From Hamiltosporidium tvaerminnensis FI-OER-3-3 (Eukaryota; Fungi; Microsporidia): 64,000 nt of DNA. The DNA lies in NCBI GenBank assembly GCA_022605425.2, contig CM061251.1, positions 434,001-498,000 of the forward strand, read 5' to 3'. The position numbers and the translations under genes are program-made. Shown piece after piece: positions 1 to 14,649 of this stretch. Positions within the stretch are counted from its first letter, which is position 1, and every line of letters starts with the position of its first letter. The notes beneath the pieces are model-generated. The model was not told the origin of the DNA, did no database searches, and was given only the letters and a program-made list of their open reading frames with translations.

Positions 1-1095
1 ATGTGACTTTCTCGAGTACATTTCGGCAAGTAGTTTAATCATACAGGAGACTTGTTCAAACTGTATTCAGACAAAGCAAACAATTGGTTAAATTTTTTTT
101 TAAAAAATAAGCTGGCTTTTTTAGGCCCAATTTTTTTAAAGAATTTAACTACAGAAGTGGTTAAGAAAGATTTTCATATTTGTTTAAAACTCATATAAAT
201 GATAATTGAAACTGAGTATGAGAGTGACTAAATGACTATAGTAAGGGAATCTGCTCTAACGAACAAAAATACTGTGGAATGTCACTAGCCGCCGTAAAAA
301 ATTATGTATACACGTGGTAATTGTAGAAATTTGGCTCTCAAAAGAATTGAAAGCACCAATCCCCTTCATATGTATCTTGCTTATAATATTAAACATAGCT
401 ATTTAAGTTTCTAACTACAATCATACAACGCTACGGAATTTCTTCGACTCATTTTCTGAAGATTAAACATATATTTAAATTGATTTATTAGATGACCATA
501 GTATGTTAATAGTCAAAAACATGCGAAAAAATGAAAAAGCAAAACATATATAAAGAAAGAATTTAAAAGAAAAAGATAATGAATTTTAGTTTAAAATTAT
601 TTTTGCTACAAATACATTTTTCCAGATTTTTTTATATTTTCTTATTTTTTTTAGGTTGAATTCTAATCTCTATATATTAATTTAATTATTTAAGATCTTA
701 GTTCCATAATTTTTTCATTTTTTTTGTTTTTTTTCATATATTATTTATATATGTTGCTAAGCAATCACCCGCCAAATTTCCTAAAATAGTCTTTCCGGGC
801 AAAAAACGCATAAATACATTTATTTTTCAAATTATCCTCATCATAATTAGCTCAGAAAATTTCTACGTTGAATTACCATTGGTTTATTGTAAACAGCAAT
901 AAAGGAGATGGAAGGAGGGAATGAAATTTGAAATATGACAATATTTAACCTTTTTTAGCAGTAATTTTTCTTGATTTGATTTTTCTGATTTTTTTTGAAT
1001 CATTTTTTTAATATGTGTGCAACCCTTTCAGATTGGACTTTAGATAAAGTCCGGAAGAAAAAAAAGTTTTTAAGTTTATTTTTACTCTTATTTAA

Positions 1096-2885
1096 TGTCA
1101 CGGACCAATAAACCCTCTCCCATATCCAATAAAACCCCGTTATTTCATATAACCTTTTATAGTTGATAACACACCTTATTTTTGTATAGCTCTTTTATTC
1201 CCATACTCTATTGTCCTATTCTTCTCCGGTTATTTCTATATACATCTGATTTCAAATTCCTTGGTATTATTTTTTATCCATCCTTTCTTAATATTTTTTT
1301 GCATAAAATGTTAGGATGTGTTAATTATGAATATAATTTCAAATTAAACTTACTTCTTCTTTTCACTTCCCTTTTTGCTTTTTTGTTTCAATTAATGTTT
1401 GTAAACAAAAAATTTATTTAAAACTTATAGGCACAGGTACTTAACAACATAACACAATATACAAATTTATTTGAAGTTTGTTTTTTATTTTTCTTTTCTT
1501 TTATGTTTTCATTATATCTATAAACAAGTGTTGGTGTATATTAACTAATTTGCCAAAATTGTAAGTTGTAGAAACAAAAGAAATGAATGTTCAACAGGCT
1601 ACTTTAAAACCGGATGTATACAGGATTGTGTAGATCATGGAGATAACCAGTTCAACGGTTATTATTTCTGTATTAATATAACTAACACATACACCGAAAC
1701 TTTTAATTTAATAAGATATCTAATAAGACTTTACAATTTGTAAAAGATTCATTGAACTTTAGTTTTAAAATTTATTGTTAAGTTGTTACAAAATATGACA
1801 AGTCGATATAATAAGAATTTACTTCTTGAAATGCTATTGAATTGTCTAGGTATTGAAGTTATACATAGAACACATCGATTTACAAAGTCTAAAGTCAAAG
1901 AAAACGTACCAATCAGACCATAATAGGATGGCTAATAATGAATTTACACCAAATAGATTGAAGAAGATCGATCAGGCATTCTAAACATGCTATTTATTCA
2001 GCTAACGAGACAATACATAGTGCATAAAACACTTCTTATATTTATGTTTTCTTCAGGAAACCAGGTATTAATAATCCATTTGCTGAAGCATATTATTGAA
2101 CCCTAAACTGATAATATATTTTTCATAATTTAGGCAATTTAGTACAGAAATACTTGATGAAAAAGCAAGAAAAGACAGTGGAACCTAGAGATTGCCTCGG
2201 AGTGCATGAATAATTGAATAAACAGGTAAACACTATAATATCATACAAACTGATAATTTCAAAAACAATCGTAAATTTTCAGCGGATGTTGCTAATTTTA
2301 AAAATTATAGAGGAAAAATGTTAGGGAGAAGTAATGCAATTTGCCAGACGAAAGATATTTTTAATGGAGATAAAGTCTTAAAAAAATATTAAGACATGTA
2401 TACAAAAAATAAAATAGTGCATTTGACTCTTTTTAGAATAATTTGGTTTTTAAAGTTACAGCTACTTTGATGAACAGCATCATTGAAGTTAAAAACAATG
2501 ATGGTGGCACAATAATAGTTTATAGGGGTTTAATAAAACGTATTCAATATAATTTGTCTTTTCTGTAATTATAATAGTACATTTTGTATTAGTACAAAGT
2601 TAACCTAATTTTTTTTTATTTTTATTCCGTCAAAATTTTAAAAATTTTAGCTTAAAAAGTATATAAGCACCTTTTTAAATCAACACAAATTAAGTTTAGA
2701 AATAAAATCATTTCCGTTTTTCGAAAATATCGGCTTTAGGTGTAATATATAGAAAATAACGGGGGCTCTATAAATTATATACAATAAAGGGAGTTTTATA
2801 AATCATTAGAAAATAACCAGAAAGGGTTACAGACATAATAGGGGCTCCATTAGACATGAGGGAGGAGGGATTTATTGACCTGCCA
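1096..2885 (+). mobile_element. Decayed Ginger2/TDD-like DDE-integrase DNA transposon, family A, copy 1
   Basis: Imperfect ~50-bp terminal inverted repeats: TGTCACGGACCAATAAACCCTCTCCCATATCCAATAAAACCCCGTTATTTC at 1096, and on the reverse strand from 2885 TGGCAGGTCAATAAATCCCTCC...CATGTCTAATGGAGCCCCTATTAT. The broken + frame reads IQDCVDHGDNQFNGYYFCINITNTYT (~1618-1695; integrase first-Asp region), IHRTHR (~1861) and QWNLEIASECMNN (~2176). Homologous along its length to 47467-49496 in the opposite orientation. Confidence 0.75.
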
Positions 2886-3726
2886 ATTCCATAAAATTCC
2901 GAGTTACAACTTTTTTTATTTTCATATATTTTCTTCTACCTTCTTTAACACAACCGGTTCTTCTTTAAAATCCGACTCTTCACTTATATTTATCGTTGGT
3001 ACCTCAAACGTGGCTTCTCCCTCTGAAATAAAGGGAGTGATATTGTTGGATGTCAACTGTAAAACACTATCTTTTTTATTATTCGCTTCTTTTAAAGTGA
3101 AATGTTGGCTCCTCCGGCATCTAGCCTGTCTCAAAGACACCCATTGGCGCACTTTCACAGCCCTCTTGGCATTAGGTTCCAACTCAAGTCCTCTCCTTCG
3201 GTCAAAAGAAATTATTTCGACTGTCTTCTTGTGTACTATCGACTGAATGTATGTCTCTACATTATGGAGTGTTTGGTGTCTTTTTAGGTGTGACTTATGA
3301 TATTTTGTCATAATACCATTCCGGGTCATTACATAAGAAATTATCTTAACACTACACCTATAAAAAGACCCAACTCATTGACCAGCAGGTCATACTTCCT
3401 AAGTTTTTCAGTTTCTGGTATTTGAAATGAATCTTTTAAAGAAATTCCTACTTCAAAGGTGTTATATTATTCTTCTTCTACCAAGAATAAATATGTCGGG
3501 TCAATTACTCCGGATCTTGACCTCGGTTTTTATCCTGGAATCCACTCTTATCTCAAATGCTTGTTTTCTAGAATTTCTTGAACTGAGTGGCTTCGAATTC
3601 GTTTTGAAGACTTGAACTTATATCTATTTAAGATATGTAAGTGTAGGCCTCATATCACTTCATTATGCCATCTAGTTTAGTCAAGACCGAGCATTTTCCC
3701 ACACCGAGTTGCTAGATGATCTACAT
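2886..3726 (-). mobile_element. 3' fragment of an RLE-type non-LTR retrotransposon (CCHC knuckle remnant, PD-(D/E)xK endonuclease, acidic tail); frameshifted
   Basis: The minus strand translates with frameshifts to VDHLATRCGKMLGLD*TRWHNEV, RIRSHSVQEILEN, KTEVKIRSN*PDIFIL, EVGI...ETEKLRKYDLLVNELG, and then ORF 2922..3329. Homologous to 49500-50345. Confidence 0.85.
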
Positions 3727-3944
3727 TTTTACCCCTCAGAAACTATAAAATTCAATTATATTAAAGTCTTAATGATGAAAGAAAGGAAAAAAGATACGTG
3801 GAATAATTAAATATACAAACCTTTTCCTTTAAAAAAAAATTCATTGGTTACAAAGGTTAAAAACCACATCAATTAAAGGATAGAGCCCGTCTCTATCAAA
3901 GATACCTTCTATATGGGTGCCTCGATAGAGGTTAAGACATTTCT

Positions 3945-4613
3945 ACATAATATTCTGTCTTAATTATATCTTTAATTGGCACATTTTAAAATTCCAAAAC
4001 AACTTTCGGTATATGTGGCGCATTTTTGAAGCAAAGATCATCTCCAAGCATTATAACCTGGTTAGACTTTCTTCTCAAAAGTCTTTTATCTTGTGTAGTA
4101 TAGTTAGCTAGTTACTGTTCGGTCTTCAAAAAAGTCACTTAATTATCTTTTTCTTTCTCGTTTTCGAAAATTACAATCCTTAAAATTTGACCTATATTTT
4201 TTTGCTTTAGTAAAATAAAAATTTAAAAAAAAATAAGAAACAAAGAACTACATTATTTTTAGGAATTTATTGATTATTAAGAGGCTTTTGCTTTGAAATA
4301 TATTTCCTTATAACATGTTATTGCACTTTAAAATATTTATGCAATCTATACTTCAAACAATAAGAAGCGTAAAAATTTACATTGAGATTATTTTATACCT
4401 ATTGCCTGTTAATCGTTTAGAGCAAAGGCTTTAAATTGACCGTAAAAATAGAGGAAATAGCATGGGAGAAATAGATGGTGGAGTAGTTCGAAACATCCCG
4501 GAAATTATAAGGTAGAAAATATAATACAAATAAAATATATCTATTATAAATGAAGAAGGTATAAATATATAAAAGTTTATTAGAAATAACGGGCGGCACT
4601 ATGAACCATGACA
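3945..4613 (-). mobile_element. Ginger-like family B, truncated copy (one terminus and the 5' region)
   Basis: Collinear with ~45830-47313 apart from the insertion there. Ends in ...ATGAACCATGACA (minus strand TGTCATGGTTCAT), matching ...ATGAACCGTGACA at 47313. Confidence 0.8.
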
Positions 4614-7600
4614 ATAAACACGTAAATTATATATTTTTTTGGACACGAAGTAACATCAAAGATCCGAAACAAAATCTAGAATTGTCACCTTTAATCCTAA
4701 AAAGGCTTAAATGGAAAATTATGTGAATCAGACTTAACTTACCAAACAATATTTAACCTGGCATTTCAAACAAGTATTATACCTAGGTGTAGAAATCAAA
4801 AATTATATCTATTCATGAATAGCAATTGTTTAGTTTCTTGGATATCGCTTTTGAGGAATTTTGTAAGCAGATAGAGAATAAACATTATCGCAATTTAAAT
4901 TTTAATTAAGTATTGTTTTTTTAAATGAAACTATTTCGTGATGAACAATACAATTCAATTTTATACTGACAACATTATAAATGAAATAAAAACAAAAAAA
5001 TAATTTATGCAAGCAAAGTATCAATTTCTTCTAGAGAGAATCCCCACCACATATTTGAAATCATATGAAGAATATCAAAAAATGCCTAAAAAATTTTGTA
5101 TTTTATATTTATTTGTTTATTATTACTGTATCGGGAATAAAACTTCGGAATTTCAAGATACTGAAGCCAAATATGAGAATACGAAATGTTGCATCTTATA
5201 TTATTAATATACATATTTAACTTATGTTTGGTGATTCTAAAGCCTTTCGAATCAGATGTTGTAGAAACCAAAAGGCTAGATTGACACAATTGATTCTTTG
5301 GATTTGTTTAAATTGTAGAGATTAAAATATTGAGTAGAATAACTTATGATTGCAACAAAAATACTGTAAGGTTCACTATTTTTTATATAAATTTAAAGAA
5401 GAATGAGAATTAAGGAACATAATACCCTAAATTATTTATACATCTTGACTAAAAAATGTAACCTTCATAAATGGAATTTAAAACCGAAACCTTAATCTAG
5501 AATATATTCATTTCATTCATATTATTGATATTTTATCAAAAAAATTTATCCAAGATGAATGCTTTCCTATAACAAACCAAACAAAAATGCCAAACCAATT
5601 TACTTTAAGAAAATATACAACCGCTTTCTTAATAAATTTATAAGTAACATTGTATATACAAAACTGTAAAATAAATTCACATTTAGAATAGTAATCAAAT
5701 AATATGCAATCCGTAGTAACGAATAAGGCAAATATATAATGTAATTTCTTGCAATAAATTTCTAACCAAATTAACTTTATCATAATTAACTATTCATTAT
5801 AGCAAAACTTTGAAATTTGAATTTCGTAATATAACAGTTTTCTTTAGCTAAAATTATAGCTGCATGTATCCGAGACCATAAAGCTGATTAAAAATATATT
5901 ATTTGTAAATGACTGTTGGTCGTTTGTATCTACTATTGCAAAACTTCAGACATAAGCAATTCTTTTCGCAAAAAAAACCATTTCATTCGACGGATATGTT
6001 TGAAGTGTTATTTTTCACAGTTTTAAATCACTCTCTTTATAGTTTAGACGTTTGTATATATGTATAATTTGATTTATTATTTCTCTCAAATTTTGTAATA
6101 AGCTGTAATATGTATTAGGCTCAAAGTTTGTATTGATTTATGATTCTAGTATGATTAAATTTTGTATGTTTGCTATCACACAGTATCTTAGATAAGTAAA
6201 TAAAACAACGAGTATATTATAAGTTTATATCGAAATAAAAATTAAATATCAAATATAAGAATGAAAATTAGAATTTATAAGAATAAATTATATTGATTAA
6301 TTTATTAGACTCATTAAATCTTTTTGCTAAAGTTTTTATGAGATGAAACATCATCGACATTTTTTAAATTTCTAAATGAATAATATAGATATAATACGAG
6401 AAAAAACTATAGATATATCAATTTTAATATTGATATTTAATCTTGCTACAGTTTAAAATCATATGGATTCATTTTCGAATAATCACGAAACTCAGAAATG
6501 CATTCTAAGCATTCAAATTACATCTGCAAAAATTTATCATGTTTAGTAAATTATAAAACACTTTTTTATTGACTCCTAACACTCGATGTGAATAAGAACT
6601 GAAAAATAGCTTCAATATGCGACTAAATCTCCGAAAGACATAAATAATTTCACAGTATAAATATATTTTTAAAAGTAATTATTTTTTTGTATTTTTTTGA
6701 ATATATAAAAGCTAAACAACAAAACGTTCAAATTATTTATCCAAACTTAAAAATTCAAATTTGATAATATAAAAATAAATAAACCATAAATTGATGCATA
6801 GTCAAAATTGTCAAGTTTGAGAGTTTAAACCGTTATTATTACACTTCCTTTGTATTATTAATAAGAAAACCCAGTAAACTCTAGAAATGAATCATAGATC
6901 TAATAATTTTTCTTTGTATATCGGCAGTATAAAATAAAAATATTTTAATATATCAAAATATATTTTACTAAAATCCAATTATGCTAAAAAAACGAAGAAA
7001 ACCTGGATTTTATAATAAACATATTTTTAATTTTAGTATCTGATAAGGAAAGTATTATATGTGAAAATGTTAAATTAATTTCGTTCTAAACAAATTTTGT
7101 AAAATATACATTTTTAGCAAAATAGTAACCAGTAAAGAACTAATAAAAAAATATATCTATAATGGGTAGTTCAAAAGACAAGATTTTGCAAAATATGAAA
7201 ATGAATTATGTTAATGAAGAGTATAATTTGATATATATGATACATATGTTGTTAAATACTATATTTATTTGCATTTTAAACATTTAAAACAGTTTTTAAA
7301 TTGCAAGTTAATATAACTTCATTTAGAACTCAAAGATTATAATATGTATTTTCTTTAAGAAAATGATTATGAAAATCTATCCAAAACACAAGCAAAATCT
7401 ATTAGATAATATTCAAAATCATAAAAGTATATTATTTCGATCAATGAACAATATATATCGAAAGAAACTATGTCGTTTGAGAAAATTATTATAAGGCGTC
7501 TAAATTGTTATAAAAACAATGATTCAAACTTGAAGTATAAGGAAAATTGCATGCAAAATAATTCAATAGATCAAAAGATTTGAGTAGAAAGTAACACTAT

Positions 7601-10600
7601 GTAAATAAAGGCAAAATAAATAACATCAATAAAGAATCCAAACATCATAGTCTTAACCTTACTAACGTCACAAAACCAAAATATATCATTACGTTGATCT
7701 ATTAGCCTCCCTGCATTTATTTTCGCTACACGTTTGGTTCTTTTTAAACCAAATATTATAAAAGTTAAAAACTTAGAGCAAACAAAAATGCAATACCGAA
7801 CAATATAGAAGAAGTTTAGTTAACATCTCAATGATATATACGAAACCTCAACAAGAAGTGTATAGTAGGCTTGAGACGGAACTTAGCATACAAAAAAAAA
7901 TATTTTCTAAAAAATTTGTTTAAAACGAAATGATTCAAACCATCCACAATATAAGTTATTATGTATATACAAAAGATATTCTAAAAATTGAGTTACAATA
8001 AGACAGAAAAGGAAACAAGGCAGAAATAATAGTGCTATTTTCTTGACATATCCTTAACAGATTCTTATCTCGTTTGTACAATTATCTTTGACAAAGTTTA
8101 TTGGAAAACATATTAGGCAGGAGAAAAGAAATATTTAAGAAAAGACCCAAAGATGGTTATGTGAAGGCGAAATATTTTTGTAAACTTTTCAACAAAGTTT
8201 TATAATCCTAATTATAAAATGCTTAAAAAACATATGTAAGATTTTTAATAACAACAACCCCTTATATAAATCTTGTGGATATCCTACGTATATCATATAG
8301 GGAAAACGTAAGAAAATGCTTCTAACTAAGGTGAAACATCAGCAGTGACTTTATTATTTATTTCGCTTCAACGATCTCAACGGTAACTAGCAATGAAAGA
8401 TAAACTTATTTATGATTTATATCTGAATAAAACCGATTTGAAGTTTACATAATTGTATGAAAAATAACATAGAACCTTTTGTTATACAGAAATTGCTGCT
8501 CAAGTTGCATGGCAAGATTTAAATGCAAAAAAGTAAGAAAACTTAGCAGAAAAATGCAGTTATGTCTGAGTTATAGCTAAATACAACAGTAAATTGTAGT
8601 CACATTCTTAATTTATGCATAAGACTAATTGTGAGAAAACTGTTAATTATACGTTTTGCGTGTAGATCAAACAATATACCAATCATGAATATATTTCGCT
8701 TAGTTTCCGACAGCAACATTCATATGCCATATTTTCTACATTAATAGGAATTTAAAATTCATTGTCATGCTTTCGAAAGTAATCTATCATAAATTGATAA
8801 TATTAACAGTTTTTTTATTATAATACCCATGATTATTACTAAATATTTTTATGTTATCTTGAGGCTTATGAATTTAGAATACTATTCTAATATAGAATCT
8901 GTTCATGTAAATTAATTTTTGATAGGAAAGGTTCTCATTAAAAAGGTTCGATTACAGATTTTCTGCATAATCCGAATGGTGATTTGTTAACATGAATTAC
9001 TTGACACAGGTTGTCAAATCTCAGGAGAAAAAACAGAGCCTTGTCGCAAATATCTACGAGCTCTAAAATGTCACAAGGCGTTCGATTTTGTTGTTTGTTA
9101 CTCCTAACTCAATATTAAAATAACAACTGGCTTATGAATTAACCAAAACCATATAATTCTTTATTTATCAGATCCATGCATTGCTTTCCGAAGCGTTTAG
9201 AAGCAATGCGATACAATTAAAATTCATATACACATATACATACGGTATGAAAAAAGTAAAGTACAAGAATGTTAAAATCTAAAATATATTGAGATATAGT
9301 TTGTAACTTCTCATATATGGGTATCGAACGACCAGATAGGCACTTGCTCAATAAGCTTGTAGAAAGCAGCCATATGACCAAAAAATCTTTATAAAACAAA
9401 GTACCTCTAGCTTAAATAATCTTAGCTAGCTTGGAACAATAAATAGATTTAAGCTTAAACAAGAGGTAAAACTAGAAAAAGTTTCAAATGAGATTTGTAC
9501 GGATACAAATAGAAGGAACCTAGTTCACACTTTCCTGGTTATACAGTGATTTTTGTAGTATTAAAGCTTTATTAATGCTTTGTTCAAAAAGTAGAAGCGA
9601 GCTATGGAAGTTCTTCGTTTTTATATGTTGAAAGTTACACGACACTAAAAATATGATTTGAAAAGTCACGCGTTACTAGAATAAATGCAAAAAACGAGAG
9701 TTTGATATTAGACAACATTTGATATCGCACATGAATGGTTTGCAATAGTATTTTTTCTAAACCGAAGATTTTGGTTTATAAATGTTTAACGTAGTTCCTG
9801 TCGATATAACCAAGAACTTTCTTTCGAGTTGCAAATAGCTTGATGGCTACTTTCAATCCAGGTTTTAAAAAATAAATCATAGTACAAAGCTAGCAAGAAT
9901 ATTATGATTTTAGATTGGAGATATTTCTAAAAGGAGGCTTTTTTACCAGATATTTGCTATACCTAAGAAGAAAATATCCCACCAAAGCCACTGGAAACTT
10001 ATCCAACGAAAAAAAGATAAACCTTTTAAGCACAGCATTAAAGAAGTATAACTTTCGATTGAACATTCATATACAAAAAAAGTTAACAGAAAATTGCATT
10101 TAAAATTTAATAACGAAATACTTCCAGAAAAACAATTTGTATTTCCGATAATGCGACAAAATACAATATCAAACCATATGATGGAGCGGGCTTTCTGTTA
10201 CAGTGGGCATATATATTTTCTAGCATTAAGAAAATTCAACATCTTTGATATCAAGAACGCCCGTTAAAACTTCTGCACACGCAACAAATAATGCTTGCAT
10301 ATGAATACCCAGCGCAATGTTGTATTGATTAATTTACTACATTAATTCGATACATATACATAACTTAAGGTATTATGGGAAAATGCAGATCATTAGGCTC
10401 ATACAATTTAAGATATTATGTATACAAACCGATAAGAATAAAAACATATGAAATTGATAGATAATAGACCGGAAATTCTTATCTGAGTTAAAAGCAAAAG
10501 ATGACTATTTATCTTCAAATCATAATTGAATCAAACAATATTCTTTGAATTGTTCCAACGAAAAAAGTGAATTTGTATAAATTTGTAAACTTTGAATTAA

Positions 10601-13589
10601 ATCGTAAATATAAGCTTGAATTTGGAATAAGTTTCTGAGATAGTCTGAAATGCATGTTACTAGAGCGATGATATACCACAAAAGGCTTGGGATACAAGTA
10701 ACAGAGGCATATTCACATATAGAATATTTTTTACAAAAAATAAAATATTATCAGTTTCTAGAAAAATGTGATTGATATTAAGAAAAAATACCAATGAAGC
10801 TCTAAAATGGTAACCAAGATATAGATTAAGCAAAAATCCTATACAATAAAAACAAATATATGACATGTATATCGACGATAGGAAGTAAAGCAAATTTACG
10901 ATAAAATGAAGTTATTGCTTCTAGTAAAACAACTGTCGACAAAAAATCGAACTAAAAAATATATGTAGAAAGATAGTAGAATACTAAAAAAGCGATAACA
11001 GTAAAAATTTCAAAACTCAGAAATATATTGTAATACATTATTTTAAAATAATTATGTTTATCTCAAGAAAAAAAGATTCGGTATGCAAGTTCTATATAGT
11101 TTAAAAAGATTCATACAAAGTGAAGAAATTTCATGCCAAAAGAGAACACAAATTAAGTTTTGAATTTTAACAAATTAAAAAACATTTAAAATATAATAGA
11201 AGTAAATTTAAGTTATGTGCTTTGATATAGCAAAAACTCGCAGTATTTACAGTTACAAGAATAGTGAAAATCGAATCATAAAAACAACAGTATATATTTA
11301 AAGGAAGTCATTCTCTACTCTAAATGTTAGACACATTTCGTAAATATATAGCCAATTTTTGAAATGTTTTTCATAAGTTTGTTAGAAATCATTTTATTAA
11401 ATTCAACCCTGATAAAAAAAACTATATTAATTTTTATAGTAAAATTTTATACTGATTATTTGTGGTAAAAGAATTTTGCGGGTAAAAGTCTATAATATAG
11501 GATATGGAGAAAAAATAATGAATTCTCTGATATACTTTATCGAATTCTATTGTTTCTATGAATGAAATATTATTCCAATAAAAATATTGTAAATGTTAAT
11601 AGAATTTTGTTTTATTTATGATTTATATATTTAGATTTCGTATTTCGACTGGCTTTAATGACGAAATCTCTAAGTCTTTCAAAAATAGAGTAAAATCCAG
11701 AAATTTTGCTTATTTATGATAAAATATGTAAAAATTAATTTAATCTATTTAAATACATGAAATATGATTGTATGTAAAATAACTTAATTTACATGGCGTA
11801 TATTACACCCATGAAAACCAAATTAAAAGATATAAAAAGCGCAATGCTAAATTTATGCGGTTTGGTCTATGTTTTTTAGCCATATTATGTTCATAAATTA
11901 TCAATATATTTTGCCATAAATGTTTTATGAGAAAATGTATAAATCTATTTTTGTATAGAAATTTTTGTATTAACGAATACTACTAAGCCTTCAAACCATT
12001 AACAAAATATCTCAATACTTATGTATTAGGTTACATTTAATTTTTTATCTCATATAGATTTCTTTTTCTAAATAGGACATAAGTTTAGGCTACTATTTAG
12101 CGCGCTTTTAAACTAGGTAAAAAATAAATCGTAGTCTTAATCCTAATGTCTATAATCGAAAATTAAACATTTTAAAATTCTTATGAGCATAAAAATCGAA
12201 TTATAATAACAATATTGATAGGCTATAACTTTTCCAAACATGCCACCAAAATATAATTAATATACATAGATAGTAAGAATTTGTATACATTTCTTTTTAG
12301 TAAATATGAAAATTAAAAATTTTGAGTTGGTTATCTTTTATAGACTATATTTTATTAATGATACATATTTTTTTTTAAAAAAAACGAAAATTCCGATAAT
12401 AAAACAAAAGTTGAGTTTACATTTTTAACAAAAAATAATTCAACTTCTCAAAAAATTTTTATAAAAGCATGTATATCTCTATAATAAACTTACAGCAAAA
12501 ATGCCATCCAAATAAAATACTTCCGGAATATAAGTTTAAAGACAAAGAATGCTATCTAAAAACGAAAGCACAAATCTTGCTGTAAAGTTTTTTTTAAGTA
12601 ATAACATGAATAAGTCTTTTGATTTATTATATAATCGTATTTAATATAGACAAATTCAATAACTTTGTAAAATTTTTATACTAAAATACAAATTTTGAAT
12701 CTAACCAATACATGGCAGGACAACAGACAATATAGCGTTTAAAAGAAACTTTTCCATATTTACTTCTATAAATGGCTCATGTCTATCTATAAAGCGAAAC
12801 GTAATTTTAAAATATATTCTGCAACAAAGAAAAATTTAAATACATGAGGTATGTTTTCAAACCTTTTGATTCATACTAGACTAATCATACAGTTCCATCT
12901 AAAAAGTTTAAAAGTAAAGACCCAAATTACAAACAAATATGAAGTTTCCTAATAAAGCACAAAATATTTAAATCTTGTCATTTCCTTCAAAATACATTCC
13001 ACAATTGCGCAGCTTAAAAAGTTACATATTTTATCAATCAACATTCAAGAACTTGTAATTCATTACAAATACTGCTAAATTTCATTTTGGAATGAAAATT
13101 AAATTGTAAAACATGATATTGAGTTATTATGTGCGAACAAACATTGCAAAGTATTGTAAAATAATTCAATGAAAATGAAAAACGTAAACTAGTATTTAAT
13201 TTACCTGTTACAAATCTTAAATAATTATGTCAATACATAGTCAATTTAATTAATTTATGTTAAGGCTAATATTCAAATTCCATATAAAAACACTATTCTT
13301 TGACAACATACTATTGTGGCTTAGAATTACAAATAAAATATCCATTCGTAATGAAAATTTATAAGGTTTCAGCGTATACCCTTTAGCAAGATACACGGAG
13401 TTACTTGATTTTTATTACAATTTTTTAGGAAACTGCTATATCATAGTCAGAAAATTTCAATTGCTACTACATTAAAAAAGGAATAAATTTGTTCCTAAAT
13501 TCTTTCTCATGAATTAGTATTCTACAATTTATCCACAATAATTACAAAACTTCTGAATTTTTTAGATTATAATATATACACACGTATCA

Positions 13590-14490
13590 ATTATATAATT
13601 CCCTAATGTCGAGACGACCGCTCACTTCGAAATGTTTAAGTAATTAAAACACTACAAGAAGTTAATAAGAGAGCTCCGATTTTGATATGACTCTTTGTTT
13701 TTTTCAAAAATCTTACATAGCCAATAATGATGAGTAGAACTTAACATAAACAATTAAAGATATAGTATTGGGCTAAAAAAATAGTTGAAATAAAATTCGT
13801 AAACTTTCTTCTAATTAAATTATTCACCAAGAATTCATAATATATTTGTTTTTTTATATTTTGCAACGTTTTTACTTCAAAAGCCTTTAAATCACATTGC
13901 TAAGATTTCTTTCCTAAGAATTTGCAGTTGCATAAAAAATTGTAAGATAAGATCGAGGGTTTCATATCATTCTTCTGTGAAATATATATATTCTCAATTA
14001 TAATTGCCCAAGACAATTTTTCTTAATTAGCTTCTTGGAACTTTATACTTGATTAAATTGTGTGATTTATAATAAAAATAACATAGAATTTATACAATAA
14101 ATATAAACAAATAAGGAGATCATTAAAAAACACGGTCTTTAAAGACAAATATAACACATCACAAATAAACTTTTTCCAAGAACGATAGAATCTATAAAAA
14201 TGGTGGAAATTGAACGAATTACACATTAATCCGAGGTGAAAGTTCTAAAATCATAAGTAAAATATCATAAAAATAAAATATACAATTTTTAAAGCCCAGC
14301 TTTTTATTCAAACTACTCAGAAGCAGGCAATAATTTAAAAGAAACACTTAAAAATATACAAAAAACAGACCAGGTTAGAATAAAAAATTCATATTGAAAA
14401 AGTTAGGAATCTTTAACCTATATAATGAAGCTTAAGATTATTTTTGGCTTTTTTTCATATGAATTTAATAGAAAGTTCGTTTCTACGAGC
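13590..14490. repeat. Dispersed ~0.9-kb repeat, copy a (partner at 35380-36302, same orientation)
   Basis: Shared blocks in the same order: CTCAC(T/C)TCGAAATGTTT, TGAGTAGAA, CAAGAATTCATAATATATTTGTT, TGGAACTTTA, AAGCAGGCAATAATTT, GAAAGTT(C/T)GTTTCTACGA. Confidence 0.8.
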
Positions 14491-14649
14491 CTATTCAATA
14501 GTCTTACAAAAATATAATAATAAAAATATTGAGAGGCAAAATACTGATAAATTATTCTTAATGACACGAAAAAAATTTGAAAAGAGGAAAAGTAAACAAA
14601 AAACTAGCTTCTTGGCTTCATATAGGATTAATTGATATTCTAAATGCCT

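Noticed and set aside
230-440. GMSLAAVKNYVYT...NC, resembling an integrase HHCC region
   Set aside because: Too short and decayed, with no DDE core or termini found.
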